Positions 29,665 to 38,788 of a DNA stretch of 59,008 nucleotides are shown here, piece after piece. How positions within the stretch are numbered: the stretch's first letter is position 1; each line of letters opens with the position of its first letter. The position numbers and the translations under genes were made by a program. The notes beneath the pieces were generated by a model. The model was not told the origin of the DNA. It was given only the letters and a program-made list of their open reading frames with translations, and did no database searches. The stretch lies in the IMG/VR virus record IMGVR_UViG_3300043777_000092, positions 1 to 59,008 of that record. One strand, given 5' to 3'. The DNA comes from a virus. Its lineage: Duplodnaviria > Caudoviricetes.

Positions 29665-30432
29665 TCACCAAGTGTACGGCGTGTTGTTGTTTCCGTAGTT
29701 TCTGCCGCGGCTTCCTGTGGCAGTGACGGATCGCTGCTGCATCTGGGAATGGATGGCTTCCTGCTGAGAGAACTGTTTGTTCTTCGCGGCGATGAGCTTG
29801 AAATCGTTGTACCGGGTGTTGCTCACCGTCCACCTCGGGTCGTTCTGGCCGTAGAGATACTCGTAGATTCTTCGCTCAAACATGTACAGAAGGCCGAAAT
29901 GCAGGTTCGGCGGCACCAAGGGAATCACGTCAACCGTCGTGTCCGTAACCATCGGCACGGCATAGTATGTCGCTGCGACCGTGTTCTGCACCGTCGGCGG
30001 ATTCATAAAGACAAGTTCCTGAAATCCCGCGAGGGCCATGAAATACCCTGTTTGTGGCACCGTCCCTACGATGTTGTTCTGCCCGTAAAGCGCCGCTACT
30101 TGGTCGCGCGCTGCGAAATGTGGTGGAACTCCCCATGGCCAATATTGCGGGTTGGCGTTGATGACGAACATCTCCTCAATCTCAACGCAGTCGGGCGCGT
30201 TCGCGGAAAGGGTGCTCGCAGAAGCGGATAGATCGTAATTCTGCTGGCCTGGCACCGTCGCCAGCGAGAACGACTTGCGGCGCCACCAGTAGTGTTTCTC
30301 CTGGCAGAACTCGTCAAGCCCGAGGAAGAACTCAATGCGCGGGTCGAAGTTTTTCTTGTTTGCGGCGCGGTTCTCGGTCCTGCCCATGACCTGCGTAACG
30401 ATTTGCGAGACTGTCCACTGTGGAATCGGCAT
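29665..30432 (-). CDS. Head-tail adaptor protein
   Basis: LATVPGQQNYDL, PLVPPNLHFGL motifs and position. Confidence 0.7.
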   Translation of the reverse strand: MPIPQWTVSQIVTQVMGRTENRAANKKNFDPRIEFFLGLDEFCQEKHYWWRRKSFSLATVPGQQNYDLSASASTLSANAPDCVEIEEMFVINANPQYWPWGVPPHFAARDQVAALYGQNNIVGTVPQTGYFMALAGFQELVFMNPPTVQNTVAATYYAVPMVTDTTVDVIPLVPPNLHFGLLYMFERRIYEYLYGQNDPRWTVSNTRYNDFKLIAAKNKQFSQQEAIHSQMQQRSVTATGSRGRNYGNNNTPYTW

Positions 30433-30433
30433 G

Positions 30434-31375
30434 CTAGGCGCTCGGCACCAAGGCTACCTTATTCGGCTCTTCCGTGGACTTGTACAACCCAGCAGCCTTC
30501 GCTTGTTCGACAAACGACCTGTAGTCTTGGACCCCGTACCCATATTGACCAAGGTGTCCCGGTTGAATCTGCGGGTCCGCGAAGATCCTGAATCCAAGCT
30601 GCTTGGCCTTCCAGCAGAAAGTCAGGTCCTCACCGAGTTCGCCAATCTGCTTGTCGTGTACGTTCTGTGCGAACTGGAACCACCATTGATCGCACTGGCC
30701 CCAAGCCTTTTCCTTGAACGCGCGCACGAAGTTGGCCTTGCGATGGTCGGACTTCTTGGCCCAGTAGTCGCGCATCGCGGGAGTGTCAAGGCCCTTGCGC
30801 ACGTCCTCGGCAATCTCGAACTCGCAATCGAGATACGCTTGGCCCATGCGCTCGAACACCTTGCGCTTCACCAGCATGAATGCCGCGCCGGCCGCGTCAA
30901 TCTCCATGAGCTTTTGCGAGTCCCACTCCCACTCAACCGGATCGTAGAACCGCGCCTGGTCCTCGTTCCAGTACCGGATGTTCGGGCGCGGAGGATCGCG
31001 CCGCACTGTGCAGATGCCGCACACGATGTCGATTTTGTAGGACACCATGCGGGAGAGGAAATCGGGCTGGACGACCATATCATCGTCCATAAGCAGGAGA
31101 TATTCCGCCGGCGGCCGCCCGTCCTCGGGTTGCCCATACAACGCCTGGGAGATGACTTGATTGCGCGCCCAGTGAACAACCGAGCTGCTGTAGATCGGCG
31201 GCGTCATGCGAACGCTATGCTTGCCGTTCGTGCATTTCCAGCCGGGATGGAGCGGGGCGCCGGTCTTGTGGTCCCGGCAGAAGCAGTTCGAGTGTTGGAT
31301 CATCGCCAGAAGCGGAGAGTAGGCTTCTGCCGCGATGCCTCGGTAAGTCGCTATAACTACGTCAATTACGGCCAT
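30434..31375 (-). CDS. GT-A (family 2-like) glycosyltransferase
   Basis: WARNQ, YLLLMDDD, GAAFMLVKRKVFE, GEDLTFC, IFADP..GH. Confidence 0.85.
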   Translation of the reverse strand: MAVIDVVIATYRGIAAEAYSPLLAMIQHSNCFCRDHKTGAPLHPGWKCTNGKHSVRMTPPIYSSSVVHWARNQVISQALYGQPEDGRPPAEYLLLMDDDMVVQPDFLSRMVSYKIDIVCGICTVRRDPPRPNIRYWNEDQARFYDPVEWEWDSQKLMEIDAAGAAFMLVKRKVFERMGQAYLDCEFEIAEDVRKGLDTPAMRDYWAKKSDHRKANFVRAFKEKAWGQCDQWWFQFAQNVHDKQIGELGEDLTFCWKAKQLGFRIFADPQIQPGHLGQYGYGVQDYRSFVEQAKAAGLYKSTEEPNKVALVPSA

Positions 31376-31379
31376 GTGG

Positions 31380-31395
31380 AGTCCAAATTTGGACT
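31380..31395. repeat. 16-bp palindrome copy 4 (fills the gap just before the GT start)
   Basis: Exact AGTCCAAATTTGGACT. Confidence 0.95.
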
Positions 31396-32586
31396 AGAAT
31401 TTCAGGTTCTTCGCCAAGTCTTTGACGCGAGACCGCGGCACAACCCGCTCGCCCTTGTGAAGTTTGTACTTCCCGGTCTTCTTGACGCGACCGCCCTTCT
31501 TGAAACTTCCGAGCAATTTCCCGACTCCCTTTGCCGCATCGGTGACAGCGTGGCGCTCGACACCACCAAGGAAGCTGCTGGCGCCGGGCTTGGAAGGCGT
31601 CTGCTCGTAGGAATTGCCGTAGTTGTATATTGAATTCGCCCAACTGCTCATGGCGGTTACCCCCTCGGAACGAACAGTACATCCCGGTACCGTTGGTCAA
31701 TCTGCACAATCACATTGCGCGACCCAGGCGGCGGTTCCGGCAACGCCGCGGCAAGCTGCCCTTGATCCTCGGCCGCGATCACCTTCATTACCGGGCTCGT
31801 GCGCGACACCTCTTTGCCGTCAACCTCTGTAATTTGGTGGAAGTAGACTCGGTACACGCCGAGCTTCAGTCCCTTCCGGTGAGCACCTTCCACGTTTCCG
31901 GGGATACTGAAGTGTTTTCCTTCCTGCGCGCGGATGCCCGCCTCTGTAAGCCTTCCATCCACAGGTGGTTCTTCTCGATGGTCTTGTTCTTCCCGTACAC
32001 CTCGTAGGCCGGCCAAATCTTCCGTCCTGTTCGGACCCGCATGTTCCTGGCCTCGCGGCCCCGCTCCATGAACGTCCATATGCAGCCCTCGCATCCCCAA
32101 TGAGGTTTGCCGCGCTTATCTGTCCAGCAGACGGCGCGCGACGGATGCCGCCTGCACCGCCTATTCGGGCACTTCACGGCGCGGCTGCTTCTTTTCGAGT
32201 TCGGCTAGCTTCTGCTTCAGGCGACTGTTCTCCGCCAAAACTTCTTTCGCTTCCGCCGCGGCCACGAGGCCCTGATTGGCTTGCCGCTTCAGCCTCTCGG
32301 CGGGCGTCATGACGTGGCTCAGATACTCCTCGTAGCTTTCGGTGTATCCGGCGCCGTTCTTTGCGCACATCCGGCGCAGGCACGCGATCGTCTCCGGGTC
32401 CTCGGTCTGGAAGATGCCGTTGTGGAACCGAGCTTCCTTCATCGGCGTCTTGATTGGCGCGCCGTTAGAACCCATGACGCGCTCGCCGCCAGAGACATGA
32501 AGAATCTCAGACGACGGATAGGAACTCCCATCGGGCTTCAGCCCGAGCCAGTGATAAAAGGTCACTGCTTCAACTGCGGTTTCCAT
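31394..32586 (-). CDS. Four small post-capsid hypothetical genes (31394-31651, 31657-~31870, 31866-32177, 32161-32586)
   Basis: Tandem ORFs; 31394-31651 has FKKGGRVKKTG..LHKGERVVP; start of the 31657 ORF uncertain. Confidence 0.55.
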
Positions 32587-32604
32587 AAGTCCTCTCTTTA
32601 ACAG

Positions 32605-32626
32605 TGACCGGGCCTTGCGGCCCGGC
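32605..32626 (-). terminator. GC hairpin after the capsid gene (stabiliser or weak terminator)
   Basis: CCGGGCC-GCAA-GGCCCGG on the minus strand; no strong U tract. Confidence 0.4.
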
Positions 32627-32655
32627 CCCCGTCTGGTAGCTCAACTGGAACAACG

Positions 32656-33870
32656 TCAGGCGTAAGCCGATACGCCGTAAAGCCTTGCATGGCGCTTCTC
32701 AAAGCGCGTAATCCATGCCCCCTCAGTGAGATACTCGTCCCTGTACAAATCGGCGCCGTCCTTGATCACATCAATCAAGAGCTGCGTGTCGCGATTCTCG
32801 CCGTTACCGACAAGAGGCGCAAACTCGATTGAATCGAGGTCCAGAGCGTATGCTTCACCGCCCCAGCCCGCGGCCGCGACCGTGGGAGCGTTCTGCAGGT
32901 TCAGGTCGCGGGTGATCATGAAATCGCCGTGGCTCGTGACATAGCGGCTCACCTTGACGCCGTAGATGTCGTCGCCGGGGGCGAGGCGCAGCTTGTTGTC
33001 CGCCCACCAATCGAGAGCGGAAATGACGACGGGCGCGGCCACGAGGAGCTTTTCGGCACCCTCGTAGTATTGCCCGAACGCCTGCTGCGTGAAGGTGAGG
33101 AATGCGCCCTCGGTCAGCGTGGTGTTGCCGTTGTATACGTTCGTCACGATGCGGTTTTTGATGCCCATCGTGGTGCGAATCGTTCCCGGCAGCGCCAGGT
33201 TTTCCGAAGGATGCGACCAGAGTCCCGCCGATTCCATGTCTCGGCGGTGCTCCTCGAGCATCTTGCGCCGCTGGTAGAGGCGGTCGTTCGAGGGGCCGAA
33301 GAGGGCTTGCGCCACCTCCGACTTCGTGACCGACACCGGACGGCGGAAGATCTGCGTGTAGGAAATGAGCACGCTCTTGGCGGTCGTGCGCACCGTGCCG
33401 TAGGCCGCGCCTTCAGGAAAGGCGGGAGACAGGATGCGAATGTCGGCCGTCGCGCCGATTGTGTTTTGGCCGGCGCCGCCGATGCCACGGGTGAGGGTCA
33501 GCGTCGAGCCGTTGATGGCCGTGACCTGGGCCACTTCTTCAACCGTCGAGGAAGTGACTGCGTTCGGGAAGGCAATCAAGTCGTTGACGGCAAAGATGGT
33601 CGGATCGACAACGGAAATGCCCGTGGCAACCGAGCTGTAAGAGGTGGTCGCGTTCGAGACTTGGCCGAATACCGCGAGGTAGTCGTCCTCAATCCACTCG
33701 ACGCGGGCGGAGTTGGTGGGCTTTTTGCGATTCCCAATTTTCGTGATGAGCGTCAAAATCGGGGTCAAGCTCGGATTCAACAGTACGTCATCTTCCCCGA
33801 TAAACTGCCGTTTCTGGACCGTTTCGGTGTACGCCTGGTCGATGGACCGGGCCACTGTGATTGCTGCCAT
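32656..33870 (-). CDS. Major capsid protein (DUF5309/SU10-like HK97 fold)
   Basis: TPILT, VEWIEDD, SYTQIFRRPVSVTKS, RTTMGI; 404 aa; follows the scaffold gene. Confidence 0.85.
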   Translation of the reverse strand: MAAITVARSIDQAYTETVQKRQFIGEDDVLLNPSLTPILTLITKIGNRKKPTNSARVEWIEDDYLAVFGQVSNATTSYSSVATGISVVDPTIFAVNDLIAFPNAVTSSTVEEVAQVTAINGSTLTLTRGIGGAGQNTIGATADIRILSPAFPEGAAYGTVRTTAKSVLISYTQIFRRPVSVTKSEVAQALFGPSNDRLYQRRKMLEEHRRDMESAGLWSHPSENLALPGTIRTTMGIKNRIVTNVYNGNTTLTEGAFLTFTQQAFGQYYEGAEKLLVAAPVVISALDWWADNKLRLAPGDDIYGVKVSRYVTSHGDFMITRDLNLQNAPTVAAAGWGGEAYALDLDSIEFAPLVGNGENRDTQLLIDVIKDGADLYRDEYLTEGAWITRFEKRHARLYGVSAYA

Positions 33871-33891
33871 GAAGTACGAACACCCAGAGGG

Positions 33892-35118
33892 CTACTGCTT
33901 GGAGCGTCCCACGTCCCTGAACAGCCGTGCCGCACGGCTTGAGCCGTTGGCTACGATCTGATCAATGAGTCTTCCTCGCGGGGCCCCTGCAGCTCCTCGA
34001 CTCGAACTCCCCGGTGGCGTTCTGCCGGCGGCAACCTTCAGCGAGCGCGTCTTTTCCGCTTCGCGCCCGCGACGTGATGCCTCTGCCAGCATTTTGGGAT
34101 CAACCCGCTCATTGCGAGCGAGCTTAAAGGCCATTTTCAGCTTGGCCACCCGGTTCTTGTATGGGTCTTTCGAGAAGACCGCATCCTTCAGTTCCGGGCT
34201 TGCCAATGCTCGGTTGATTGCACCTGTGTCCACCAGCTTGTCGAAGCCCGTGTACAGTTTGTCCGACAAGATTTCCTCGACTGCCGCTTCCTTCTCGGCT
34301 AGGTCTTGGCTCTTGGAGAAAAACGGGTATGCGGTTTCGACGGCTTTCCCGACGTTCGGCAGAATCCCGCTCGCAATTTCCATGCCCTTGAGCGTCATCA
34401 CCGTATCCATAGCCTGCGCCATCTCAAGCAGGTCTTCTGGCCTGCGATTGGCCATGAACGCGGCACCCTTTTCCTTGCCCCAGAAGAAATTCGCCATGGC
34501 TCCCATCATCGGGAGAATCGCGTCTTTCAGGACAATCGGGTTGATGTTCGTCTTGGAGTAGTTGCGGGCAGACTCTAGCTGCGCCGTGATTACTTCCTCT
34601 GGTGTCTTTGGCGCCGGGGCTTCCTTGGCCTCCGGTGCCTCTTCGGTGCCCTCTTCCTCTTCTTCCTCAGGTTCCTCTCTGGATTGCAGCTCGGAAATCT
34701 TCCGGCCGCGCTCCATGAGTTCCCGCAGAAGCGCCCTGTCCCCTGGATCGTTGGGATCCAGTTGCTTATTGAATTGCTTCGAGTAGTGCTCGGCTGCCTT
34801 GGCGTAGGCCGATTCCGCGAAGTCGGTTTCGAGGTCTGAGACGTCAAATTCCTCTTCACCAGATTCTTCCTCGCCCTGCTCTTCCTCGCTGGATTCCTCG
34901 GTGGGCTCGCCCTCTTCGGTCGGCTCCTCCGTGGTGTCCTCTACCCCAGATTCCGGCTCTTCCTCGACTTCGGTCCCACGGTCTGCCACTGAGGTATCCT
35001 CTGTGACCGGGGCCTCTGTCTCGGTGACGCCAAGATCGGCGCCAAGCAACGAGTTGATGGCCTCATCGCCCGATGCGGTTTCTATTGGATTCGCTGCTGG
35101 TGCTGTTGGAAACGGCAT
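33892..35118 (-). CDS. Capsid scaffolding protein
   Basis: Highly acidic N-terminus, helical body, basic C-terminus; directly before the MCP. Confidence 0.7.
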   Translation of the reverse strand: MPFPTAPAANPIETASGDEAINSLLGADLGVTETEAPVTEDTSVADRGTEVEEEPESGVEDTTEEPTEEGEPTEESSEEEQGEEESGEEEFDVSDLETDFAESAYAKAAEHYSKQFNKQLDPNDPGDRALLRELMERGRKISELQSREEPEEEEEEGTEEAPEAKEAPAPKTPEEVITAQLESARNYSKTNINPIVLKDAILPMMGAMANFFWGKEKGAAFMANRRPEDLLEMAQAMDTVMTLKGMEIASGILPNVGKAVETAYPFFSKSQDLAEKEAAVEEILSDKLYTGFDKLVDTGAINRALASPELKDAVFSKDPYKNRVAKLKMAFKLARNERVDPKMLAEASRRGREAEKTRSLKVAAGRTPPGSSSRGAAGAPRGRLIDQIVANGSSRAARLFRDVGRSKQ

Positions 35119-35124
35119 ACTTCC

Positions 35125-35500
35125 CTCGCCCGCTCATCGCGGGAACTGCTCGTGGCCTGTCGCGCTCGTCGCGCGTTGGCCGAAACTTTGGCGGGAGGTC
35201 CCGCAGTTACCCGGCTAGGCGACTTAACCGACCCTTTCGGGCTGCGACTTACCCTGCCCTCATGCCTGGACGCCGGGGATTCCGGTAATTCAGGTCGGTT
35301 GCCATCGCGTCCCCGATACTAACATCGGAAGTAAGCGGCCGTGGCACGCTTCTTTGGACGGGTTACGCTTCCGAATCTCCACTCTGGCAATCCGACCCGG
35401 GTGCACCTACGAAACCGGAACGGCAGGACTCGCTCTTCTCAACCTCCCGGGGGTTTCCCCCGCGCTCGTTGGCCAGTCCAAATTCGGACTGGCCGAAACT
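35125..35500 (-). ncRNA. Large structured non-coding RNA candidate / scaffold leader
   Basis: No credible ORF; GAAA-loop hairpins; long-range pairings TTCCGGT/ACCGGAA and GGGTCGGATTGCCA/TGGCAACCGACCT; direct repeat AGTTTCGGCCA. Confidence 0.55.
35471..35494. repeat. Palindrome variant copy (GGCC-AGTCCAAATTCGGACT-GGCC, 1 mismatch)
   Basis: Core at 35475-35490. Confidence 0.85.
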
Positions 35501-35940
35501 CTAGGTGTTGATCGTGACCGGCTGCGGGTCAATCGACTGGACTTCGGTGATGTTCGTGGCCGTAACTCCCGCCACGTCGGCTATCGCCGCGGTCACCGCC
35601 GCGTTCGGTGTCGCCGCGCGAACCACAGCGTACTGCTGCTGCCCGTTCGCGTAGTAGCACACCTTGTACCAGTTCCCCATGTCTGTTCCCATGAAGCCTC
35701 CTACTGATAGCAGGTACTCGCGTACAGGTCTTGCTGCTGCACGTTCTGGATCGAAAGAAACTGGCTGCCGGTGAGCCCGATGTCCGCGGCCAGGGCTATA
35801 ACCGCTGCGGCTGCGGTGGCCGCATTGACCAGCGCGAAAGCGATCGCGCTCACAAGGGTGGGAGGGTTCGTCGTTCCCTGTGCGTTCGGCGTCACGATCT
35901 GGTACGTGATCTTGTAAAAGTTGCCGGCGATTGTGGCCAT
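35501..35940 (-). CDS. Two paralogous small proteins (35501-35692, 35701-35940)
   Basis: GNWYKVCY..VRAATPNAAVTAAIAD versus GNFYKITY..VNAATAAAAVIALAAD; both have AGGAGG RBS. Confidence 0.7.
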
Positions 35941-35956
35941 GCCCCCTCCTAAACTT

Positions 35957-36034
35957 TGGTTGCGGGGGTCCGATTTGAACGGACGACCTCGAGCTCATGA
36001 AGCTCGCGAGCTAACCGGGCTGCTCCACCCCGCG
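35957..36034 (-). tRNA. tRNA-Met(CAU), initiator-like with atypical anticodon arm
   Basis: Full cloverleaf CGCGGGG-TG-GAGC..GCTC-G-CGAGC-TTCATGA-GCTCG-AGGTC-GTCCG-TTCAAAT-CGGAC-CCCCGCA-ACCA; C1xA72, A11-U24, encoded CCA. Confidence 0.93.
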
Positions 36035-36057
36035 GCGGGATAGTAGAACAAGCTCTC

Positions 36058-37143
36058 TCATTTGCCAAGCACATACGCGAAAATCAGCGGCGCGACGATA
36101 GCCGCGTCCGACTCGATGACGAAGCGCGGCGTTTCGGGCTGGAGTTTCGCCCAAGTAATTTTCTCGTTCGGGACCGCACCGGAGTAGGAGCCATAGCTTG
36201 TGGTGCTGTCCGAGATCTGAACGAAGTAGGACCAATAGGGGACCTTATCGTCCATTCCCATGTCGATCTTAAGCAAGGGAACAGCGCAAATGGGAAAATC
36301 CCCGGCAATTCCCCCACCAATTTGAAAGAACCCAACACCTGCACCTTTGGCCTCTTTCTTGTACCATTTGCAGAGTTCCAGCATGTAGGCGATGCCGCCC
36401 TTGACGCACTCCGGCCCGTGGATTTTCTCTTTCAAGATCATGGACGCGAACATGTTCCCGAGCGTGGAATCCTCCCACCCAGGGACAAAAATCGGCAGCT
36501 CTTTCTCTGCGGCGGCGAGCATCCAAGAATGTTTAGGATCAATCTCGTAATGATCTTCAAGGCTCCCGCTACGCAGAGCACGATACAGATACTCATGAGG
36601 GAAATAAGAAAGTCCGCCAGCATCGGCTTCCTCCCAATACTCTGCCACCACGTCTTCAATCAGCTTCATCGCCGCTTTTTCAGGGATTGCTGTGTCTGTG
36701 ACCCGAGGCAACTCGTTCTCGAGTAGCAGCTCCTCATCGTCTGGCGTAAGGTCGCGATAGCCCGGAATGCGTAGATACTTGGAATGGGCCACCAAGTTGA
36801 AAACGTCTTCTTCGAGGTTCGCGCCCGTGCAGCAGATTGCATGGACCTTCCCTTTGCGGATCATCTCCGCAAGCGTGATTCCCAGTTCGCCCGTGCTCAT
36901 CGCGCCGGCCATAGCCAGGAACATCTTGCCGCCCTTGTCGATCAGGGCGCAGTAGGCTTCGGCGGCTTCGTGGAGCGTGGCGGCGTTGAAATGCTTGAAC
37001 GTGTCGGTGATGAACTGACCCACGGGACCGAGGCCCTTGTGCGTCTCAAGGTCCAACGGGAGGGTGTCGCCGTGGCCGGGGAGAAGCGTTTCCCGGGTCA
37101 GTCCCTCTGGCGCGTTCTTGCCGAATTGGGTCTTGGTGGGCAT
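36058..37143 (-). CDS. Deoxyhypusine synthase-like protein (probable homospermidine synthase activity)
   Basis: AGAMST, CTGANLEED, WEDSTLGN, IGGGIAGDF, YGSYSGAVPNEKITW, IESDA. Confidence 0.92.
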   Translation of the reverse strand: MPTKTQFGKNAPEGLTRETLLPGHGDTLPLDLETHKGLGPVGQFITDTFKHFNAATLHEAAEAYCALIDKGGKMFLAMAGAMSTGELGITLAEMIRKGKVHAICCTGANLEEDVFNLVAHSKYLRIPGYRDLTPDDEELLLENELPRVTDTAIPEKAAMKLIEDVVAEYWEEADAGGLSYFPHEYLYRALRSGSLEDHYEIDPKHSWMLAAAEKELPIFVPGWEDSTLGNMFASMILKEKIHGPECVKGGIAYMLELCKWYKKEAKGAGVGFFQIGGGIAGDFPICAVPLLKIDMGMDDKVPYWSYFVQISDSTTSYGSYSGAVPNEKITWAKLQPETPRFVIESDAAIVAPLIFAYVLGK

Positions 37144-37644
37144 CTATCTTCCGAACCGCCCCTCGATGTGAGAACGGAAATCTTCGGGCAATGCGGAGTC
37201 CAAATTTGGACTTGGCTCCTGCACATCTAGTGTTAAATCAGCAGCTTGCAAGTCGTCGCCGTACCCGTAGTGCCGCGTCTCGACGTTCTGCGCGAGTTGC
37301 CGCGAGAGTTCCGCCTTGACCGCCACGCGCCCGCCGTCGTTGATCTTGCGAATCATGCGCGCGCGGCGCCCGTGCTCCTCAAGCGTGAAGTCGTCGCGCT
37401 GGCGAAGCTGCCATTCTAAGTTGGCGATGTCCGCGTTGTGAATGCCCAGTTTGGCCGCCGCCCGAATCACGTCCATCATGGCCCGCGTCTTCGTGTCGCT
37501 GTCGCAGATGTTCGACACCTGCATCCACATCTCCTGCTCCACTTCCATGAGCAACTGCTCGTTCCCGTGGCCGTAGAACGCTTTGCGCGTTTCGATGGTG
37601 TAGCGGTCCAGCAACTCGCTCATGGTTAAGCGCATTCGAGGCAT
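37144..37644 (-). CDS. Helical hypothetical protein
   Basis: SELLDRYTI..N..IANLE..LR..ARMIRKIN pattern; GGGGAG RBS. Confidence 0.6.
   Translation of the reverse strand: MPRMRLTMSELLDRYTIETRKAFYGHGNEQLLMEVEQEMWMQVSNICDSDTKTRAMMDVIRAAAKLGIHNADIANLEWQLRQRDDFTLEEHGRRARMIRKINDGGRVAVKAELSRQLAQNVETRHYGYGDDLQAADLTLDVQEPSPNLDSALPEDFRSHIEGRFGR
37197..37212. repeat. 16-bp palindrome copy 5 (encodes SPNLD; 54 nt upstream of the DHS start)
   Basis: Exact AGTCCAAATTTGGACT. Confidence 0.95.
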
Positions 37645-38246
37645 TGGTTTCTCCCCCACGCTAGAGCGATCCGGTACTGACCGATTTCAAAAATCTCCGG
37701 CGCTTGGATTTCGTGCCCGCCTATTCTAAACCATCTGCAAAAATCTTCCACATCGAGTGACCACTGGTGATCTCCCCCCGAAATATCTCCGCCCAAGTCT
37801 CCATCAATCGGATGCGAGATTAGCACTGTCTTCGCGTGCGGGAGCCACTTTTTCACGAGGCTTACCGGATCGTGCATGTGCTCAAGAATCTCGCACAGGA
37901 TCAGCAGGTCAACCTGCGTGGGTTCAACGTCCTCAATCTCCGCTTGGCAGTAGAGCGCAAGGTATTTCCCCCACCGCTCGTTGGCCTTCTGAATGGCGAG
38001 AGGATGGCAATCGAATCCGCCTACACTGCAGGCCCAAGCAAGCTGCCCGGAAATGTCGCCGGTGCCGCAGCCAAGTTCCAGCACCGTGCGTTCACTGCGA
38101 CCGAGCGACGCCAGCGCGTCCTGGGCGCACTTCACGCTGCGCTTGATGCGGTCGGCCATGAGGGGATGCTCGGTGTAGATGCGCACAGGGTCAAGAGCGT
38201 GGTGGGCAACGCCTTCCTTTGCGTTCCTGTGCTTGAGGGCGATCAA
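37626..38246 (-). CDS. Class I SAM-dependent methyltransferase
   Basis: VLELGCGTG, DLLILCEILEHMHDP; TTG start overlapping the HNH stop. Confidence 0.85.
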   Translation of the reverse strand: MIALKHRNAKEGVAHHALDPVRIYTEHPLMADRIKRSVKCAQDALASLGRSERTVLELGCGTGDISGQLAWACSVGGFDCHPLAIQKANERWGKYLALYCQAEIEDVEPTQVDLLILCEILEHMHDPVSLVKKWLPHAKTVLISHPIDGDLGGDISGGDHQWSLDVEDFCRWFRIGGHEIQAPEIFEIGQYRIALAWGRNQCLECA

Positions 38247-38788
38247 CCGGCACGCTCGCAGAGAAACGGGATACCGTTCAGCTTTCTGGTTTTGTGGGGG
38301 CAGATGCCGCCGTTCATTCGTTTGCCCCAGTTGCACTGCATGCAGAGAACCTGGAAACCAGGTGGGTATCCATGACGTTTAAGCCAGAAGTAAATCTTCG
38401 ACGCTCCGATTTCCTTCCGATGTTTGTTCCCACCATTTTCGATGTGATCCAATGTCAGGAAAAGTCTTTCTATTTCTCCGCAGCACGCGCAGACATAGCC
38501 ACCGTAGGCCAGAAAGGCTTCGTCTTTCACCTTCCGATAGCGGACCATCGTAAGGGCATTGTAATGCGCTCTGTTTTCGTGCTTCCACTTGGCAACTCGC
38601 TCACGGTTCTTCTGATGCCATCGCCTCGTTCGATCAGATTGTTCGTGCCTGTGAGTCCGAACCCAATTCGTAGAAGCTGCGCGAGCGCATGGCTTGCAGT
38701 AGTGCGACAGCCCGTCTTTCATAGACACATTGGAGTGAAATTCTGAGAGCGGGAACTCCTGCTTACATTTGGTGCATTTCTTTGTCAC
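38243..38788 (-). CDS. HNH endonuclease with N-terminal Zn finger
   Basis: CTKC..YCKPC; CACCGE..LTLDHI..GG..QVLCMQCN. Confidence 0.88.
   Translation of the reverse strand: MTKKCTKCKQEFPLSEFHSNVSMKDGLSHYCKPCARAASTNWVRTHRHEQSDRTRRWHQKNRERVAKWKHENRAHYNALTMVRYRKVKDEAFLAYGGYVCACCGEIERLFLTLDHIENGGNKHRKEIGASKIYFWLKRHGYPPGFQVLCMQCNWGKRMNGGICPHKTRKLNGIPFLCERAG

Noticed and set aside
35995-36001. Reading the tRNA loop as a UCA (opal/Sec) anticodon
   Set aside because: The 7-nt loop centres CAU at 34-36, there is no long variable arm, and the interrupted radical SAM stop is TAA rather than TGA
2514-37212. Palindrome copies as a CRISPR array or IS ends
   Set aside because: Copies are kilobases apart with no spacer periodicity, transposase or target duplications
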